From: Candidatus Woesebacteria bacterium GW2011_GWB1_33_22
GTDB lineage: Bacteria; Patescibacteriota; Microgenomatia; UBA8517
Length of the DNA stretch: 64,000 nucleotides
Assembly: GCA_000989765.1 (NCBI GenBank)
Contig: LBOW01000002.1
Location: 6,843-70,842, forward strand
Direction: 5' to 3'
Part shown: one piece after another, positions 60,171 through 64,000 of the stretch
How the letters are laid out: each line of letters starts with the position of its first letter
Position numbering within the stretch: position 1 is the stretch's first letter
Notes under the pieces: generated by a model
The model's input: only the letters and a program-made list of their open reading frames with translations
Database searches by the model: none
What the model was told of the DNA's origin: nothing
Position numbers and translations under genes: made by a program

Positions 60171-60710
60171 ATGACACATTTACTGCATGACATCTCTTTA
60201 GGTGAAACGGGGGAAACTGTTAATACATTCGTTGAGATTCCAAAGGGCTCAATGCATAAAATTGAATATAGACATGAGACCAACTTATTTGCATTAGATA
60301 GAGTAGAACCTGATATTTTTGCAAAACCTGTAAATTATGGCTTTATTTCTCAAACTTGGGATGAAGATAATGATCCACTCGATTCATTAATAATTACTTC
60401 TGAACCATTACCAACTGGGGTTTTAGTTGTTGCAAGAGTGATTGGGGTATTAAATTTTGTAGATGGTGGGGAAAATGACCACAAAATAATTTGTATTCCA
60501 GATGATGATAGAAACGATGGAGATACTGTAAATGAGATTACAGATTTACCAGAAGTCTTAAAAGAAAAACTTAAACATCATTTTATGCATTACAAGGACT
60601 TAAAAAAGCCAGGTTCAACTGAAGTTCAAGGTTGGGGAAGTAAAGAAGATGCCTGGAAAATAATTGAGGAAAGTAACAACCGTTATCTTGAAAAGTTCAA
60701 GGCAAATTAA
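60171..60710 (+). CDS. ppa: inorganic pyrophosphatase (family I)
   Basis: ...EIPKGS..KIEY...LDSLI...DGGENDHKII... conserved PPase acidic residues. Confidence 0.9.
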   Translation: MTHLLHDISLGETGETVNTFVEIPKGSMHKIEYRHETNLFALDRVEPDIFAKPVNYGFISQTWDEDNDPLDSLIITSEPLPTGVLVVARVIGVLNFVDGGENDHKIICIPDDDRNDGDTVNEITDLPEVLKEKLKHHFMHYKDLKKPGSTEVQGWGSKEDAWKIIEESNNRYLEKFKAN

Positions 60711-61318
60711 AACAAACTCGCTTGTTCTTCTGTTTCATTTTTAATTACTGGATAGCTAAAATCTACTTCAATTTCCCGAGCCGTATTCCAATAATCTTTG
60801 AAGCGAAGTTTTTTGTTTTTTAATCCATAATCATATATTTCTTTTGTAAGCCTTACGTCTTCTTCACAGTAGAACTTAAGTTTCTTTAGTGATTCTTCAT
60901 CCCTTTTCTGCCAGTAGGCAATTGCATTTGCTGGATCATCCGCTTTATGGTCTCCCAATGTTTCTTTAACAATTGCATTTAAAGATACTCTTCTGCCATT
61001 CACTTCCCTTACATGTTCCAAAATATCAAGATGAGAGATCTTAGTTAACTCTAAAGGTAAGTAGGGCTTTAATGCTGGAACATCAAAATGTTTAGAATTA
61101 AAACCAATAATTCTTGATGCATTCTTAAAATAACCCCAAGAATTGGCAAGTTCGCTTTCAAAGAAAGAAATCATTTCACCTTTAGTTTCAACAAAATTAG
61201 AATCCAAAGTTCTGACATACATCGAAAGAACTGATACCCCAAGATCTGCAGGGTCTGACCCTGTTATCTCATCAAAGAATTTCTGTGTTTCTAAATCAAA
61301 AATTACCTCTTGGTACAT
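60707..61318 (-). CDS. DEDD-family 3'-5' exonuclease
   Basis: Exo I motif VIFDLETQ; later H/D residues; 203 aa. Confidence 0.6.
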   Translation of the reverse strand: MYQEVIFDLETQKFFDEITGSDPADLGVSVLSMYVRTLDSNFVETKGEMISFFESELANSWGYFKNASRIIGFNSKHFDVPALKPYLPLELTKISHLDILEHVREVNGRRVSLNAIVKETLGDHKADDPANAIAYWQKRDEESLKKLKFYCEEDVRLTKEIYDYGLKNKKLRFKDYWNTAREIEVDFSYPVIKNETEEQASLF

Positions 61319-61348
61319 AGGTAACTAAACATTATACTATCAATTGTT

Positions 61349-62470
61349 ATGGACTCAATTAGTTATCATAAAAAATATAAAGGGAAAATTGGAACTGAAT
61401 TAAAATCTCCAATAAATAATAGATCTGACTTATCTCTTGCATACACTCCAGGTGTCGCAGAGGTTAGTAAACTTTTGGCCCTTGATCCTAAAATGGCAAG
61501 CACTTTAAGCTTAAAATCAAATACTATCGCGGTACTTTCAGACGGTTCTGCAGTTTTGGGACTTGGAAATATTGGTGCCTATGGAGCAATTCCTGTAATG
61601 GAAGGTAAGGCTGCACTCTTTAAAAAGTTTGCCGGAGTAGATGCATTTCCAATTTGTGTAAATACCCAAGACAATGAAGAAATAATTAAATTAGCCAAAA
61701 ATATCGCTCCTGTATTTGGTGGCATAAACTTAGAAGATATTGAAGCTCCAAGGTGTTTTGAGATAGAAAGAAGACTAATTAAAGAACTTGATATCCCAGT
61801 TATGCATGATGATCAGCATGGAACAGCAGTAGTTGTTCTGACAGCTTTATTAAATTCACTCAAGGTTGTAGATAAAGACAAATCTGTAAAAATTGTTATT
61901 AACGGCGCAGGTGCAGCAGGGACTGCAGTTTGTGATTTACTACTAGAATATGGATTTAAAAATATAGTTATTTGTGATTCCCAGGGAGCAATTAGTAAAC
62001 ATAGAAAAGATTTAAATACTGAGAAAAAAAGACTTGTTAAAATTACTAATATAAATAATGAGGTAGGGGACATCCATCAAATAATTAAAAATAAAGATGT
62101 TTTTATTGGAGTTTCTAAGGGCAATTTAATTGATAAAAACGACATTAAAAACATGAGCAAAGATGCCGTCGTTTTTGCCATGGCAAATCCAACTCCTGAA
62201 ATTATGCCAGATGAAGCAAAATTAGGTGGAGCAAAAGTTATTGCAACAGGAAGGTCAGACTTTAACAATCAAATAAATAATTGTTTAGTCTTTCCTGGAA
62301 TTTTTAGAGGGGCGTTAGATCATAAAGTAAAAAGAATAACTAACAAAATGTTAATTCAAGCTGCTATAAATCTTTCTAAATTAGTTAAAAAACCAACAGT
62401 TGAAAAAATTATTCCCAGCCCATTTGAAAAAGGAGTTGTAAAAGCAGTCTCTTCAGCAATAAAAATGTGA
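61349..62470 (+). CDS. NAD(P)-dependent malic enzyme (short form)
   Basis: LSLAYTPGVAEV, GTAVVVLTALLNSLK, Rossmann GAGAAG. Confidence 0.9.
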   Translation: MDSISYHKKYKGKIGTELKSPINNRSDLSLAYTPGVAEVSKLLALDPKMASTLSLKSNTIAVLSDGSAVLGLGNIGAYGAIPVMEGKAALFKKFAGVDAFPICVNTQDNEEIIKLAKNIAPVFGGINLEDIEAPRCFEIERRLIKELDIPVMHDDQHGTAVVVLTALLNSLKVVDKDKSVKIVINGAGAAGTAVCDLLLEYGFKNIVICDSQGAISKHRKDLNTEKKRLVKITNINNEVGDIHQIIKNKDVFIGVSKGNLIDKNDIKNMSKDAVVFAMANPTPEIMPDEAKLGGAKVIATGRSDFNNQINNCLVFPGIFRGALDHKVKRITNKMLIQAAINLSKLVKKPTVEKIIPSPFEKGVVKAVSSAIKM

Positions 62471-62500
62471 GGAATTATAATTGTAACAAATTTTTGCCAG

Positions 62501-62758
62501 TTGTGGATAGTAGATCTTTTTTATTATGTTCTATTTGTGGAATTTGAACATCCAAGGCTCCGTGCACAACGAGAACAAAGAGAACAGCAGTTAGCAAACA
62601 TACAGGTTGCAAATAATTGGTCACGGGAAGAGATGTTTAACCACTTTCACCAACAGGGCGAGGAAAAAGCAAAAAAGGGATCCCCAAGTAGCCTTGACAA
62701 ACCAGAAATTCAAACAGCTGCCGATTATATTGTGTGGTACTTGTCAGGCCAAAAGTAA
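62501..62758 (+). CDS. small hypothetical protein upstream of gyrA
   Basis: ORF only. Confidence 0.3.
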   Translation: MWIVDLFYYVLFVEFEHPRLRAQREQREQQLANIQVANNWSREEMFNHFHQQGEEKAKKGSPSSLDKPEIQTAADYIVWYLSGQK

Positions 62759-62767
62759 AGAGCTACA

Positions 62768-64000
62768 ATGTTTGAGCTTATGGATATTGGTAAAATTTTA
62801 AACGCAGAAATAACTGCAGAACTTTCTAAATCTTACGTTGATTATGCCATGAGTGTTATTGTTGCCCGTGCCCTTCCTGATGTTAAAGATGGTTTAAAAC
62901 CAGTTCATAGAAGGATTTTATATGCCATGGCCCAAATGGGACTAAAACACTCTGGAAGCTTTACCAAATCCGCCAAAGTCGTTGGAGAAGTTTTAGGAAA
63001 ATACCATCCACACGGAGACACCGCAGTCTATGACACCATGGTTCGTTTGGCTCAAGATTTTTCAATGAGATATCCTCTTGTCAAAGGTCAGGGTAATTTT
63101 GGATCAGTTGATGGTGACTCAGCTGCAGCAATGAGGTATACTGAGGTAAAATTGTCATCCATTAGTGAATATTTGCTCATGGATATTGAGAAAGATACTG
63201 TTGATTATATTGATAATTTTGACGCAACCTTAAAAGAACCTGTCTTCATGCCCGCCCTTCTCCCAAATTTACTTCTGATGGGTTCTGAGGGTATTGCTGT
63301 AGGAATGGCAACTAAGATTCCGCCTCATAATTTAACTGAAGTAATTGATGCAATTACCCTAATGGTTAAAAGGGGTAAAGTAATAATAGAAGATGAAAAA
63401 ATCCACACTTTGGAAAATGAATTTGTAATTAAAAAGATTAATTTAATAGCGGAAGGAAGTGAAAAAAGTTTTACGCAAGAAGAGGTAGATCCAAAGAGCA
63501 TATCATTTGAAACTGATACAACAATCGATGAAATTTGCGAAATTCTGCCAGGTCCTGATTTTCCTACAGGTGGTGCAATATATGATGCAAATTCTTTAAA
63601 AGAAGTTTATGCAACAGGTAGGGGAAGAATTGTGGTTCGTGGTATTGCAGAAATCTCTGAAAATAAAAGTGGTAAAACTCAAATAATTATTTCTGAAATT
63701 CCATATCAAGTTAATAAAGCGGAAATGGTTGCCAAAATTGCGGAGCTTGTTAAAGACAAGAAATTAGTTGGGATTTCTGATCTTCGCGATGAATCAGACA
63801 AGGACGGTATGAGAGTTGTAATTGAACTTAAAAGAGATGCCAAGCCAAAGTCAGTCTTAAATAATATTTATAAACACACCAGACTTCAAACTACGTTCCC
63901 AGCTAACTTTGTAGCCCTAGTTGATGGCACACCTCATACATTAAATTTAAAGCAGATTTTGACTGAATATATAAAACACAGACAGAAAGTGGTGGTTAGA
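62768..64000 (+). CDS. gyrA: DNA gyrase subunit A, 3'-truncated by window edge
   Basis: MFELMDIGK...[29 protein letters not shown]... active-site region; open to end of window; not in ORF track (no stop). Confidence 0.95.
   Translation, partial: MFELMDIGKILNAEITAELSKSYVDYAMSVIVARALPDVKDGLKPVHRRILYAMAQMGLKHSGSFTKSAKVVGEVLGKYHPHGDTAVYDTMVRLAQDFSMRYPLVKGQGNFGSVDGDSAAAMRYTEVKLSSISEYLLMDIEKDTVDYIDNFDATLKEPVFMPALLPNLLLMGSEGIAVGMATKIPPHNLTEVIDAITLMVKRGKVIIEDEKIHTLENEFVIKKINLIAEGSEKSFTQEEVDPKSISFETDTTIDEICEILPGPDFPTGGAIYDANSLKEVYATGRGRIVVRGIAEISENKSGKTQIIISEIPYQVNKAEMVAKIAELVKDKKLVGISDLRDESDKDGMRVVIELKRDAKPKSVLNNIYKHTRLQTTFPANFVALVDGTPHTLNLKQILTEYIKHRQKVVVR

Overview
This is a 64-kb AT-rich window dominated by small genes on both strands. 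The gene content (trigger factor without its PPIase domain, short PheT, an RRM protein, a stand-alone type IV pilus) resembles a reduced-genome bacterium such as Candidate Phyla Radiation (Patescibacteria); that assignment is inference. TGA is used as a stop (tyrS and others), so translation is treated as standard code 11.

Content in order:
- 1-2.3 kb: a decayed DNA-methyltransferase remnant, a Cas4/RecB-like PD-(D/E)xK nuclease and a DUF3800 protein, which together look like a defense islet.
- 3.4-4.1 kb: a minus-strand tRNA cluster (Gly, a Phe-like tRNA, Val, a broken Val copy, Leu-AAG, Leu-CAG).
- 5.5-5.7 kb: a promoter-hairpin-tRNA-Leu(TAG) module.
- 7-30 kb: housekeeping genes dinB, tig, typA, thrS-infC-rpmI-rplT-pheST, PBP1A, tyrS, recG, rpmF-nusB-rnc-rpsP-KH.
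- 30.4-31.8 kb: a radical-SAM/SPASM maturase carrying an N-terminal RRE domain, next to a Cys/Pro-rich 79-aa peptide. This is a candidate undescribed RiPP locus, and its maturase is interrupted by an in-frame TGA.
- 31.9-35 kb: pilO-pilN-pilM plus a PilX-like gene.
- 35-38.4 kb: an AbiEii-like nucleotidyltransferase, fic bracketed by a ~135-bp direct repeat, and an NYN-domain protein.
- 38.5-46.9 kb: surface and glycan-related genes (GT2, pyruvyl transferase, dNK-like kinase, a QueC-like/HAD fusion).
- 46.9-56.5 kb: a complete type IV pilus cluster with nine tandem pilin paralogues, pilD, pilC, pilT and pilB.
- 56.5-64 kb: holB-like, gyrB, a RAYT (IS200-like Y1 transposase) with REP-like palindromes, ppa, a DEDD exonuclease, malic enzyme and the start of gyrA.

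Two families of short palindromic elements recur:
- A GC-rich 20-bp perfect palindrome, CCTGCCTGCCGGCAGGCAGG, is inserted in frame in typA, pheS and recG (coding LPAGRQ) and, as a two-mismatch variant, in the PilX-like gene (coding PAYRQAGQ). It also sits inside a broken tRNA-Val copy.
- REP-like AT-rich palindromes flank the RAYT gene and occur again downstream of typA.
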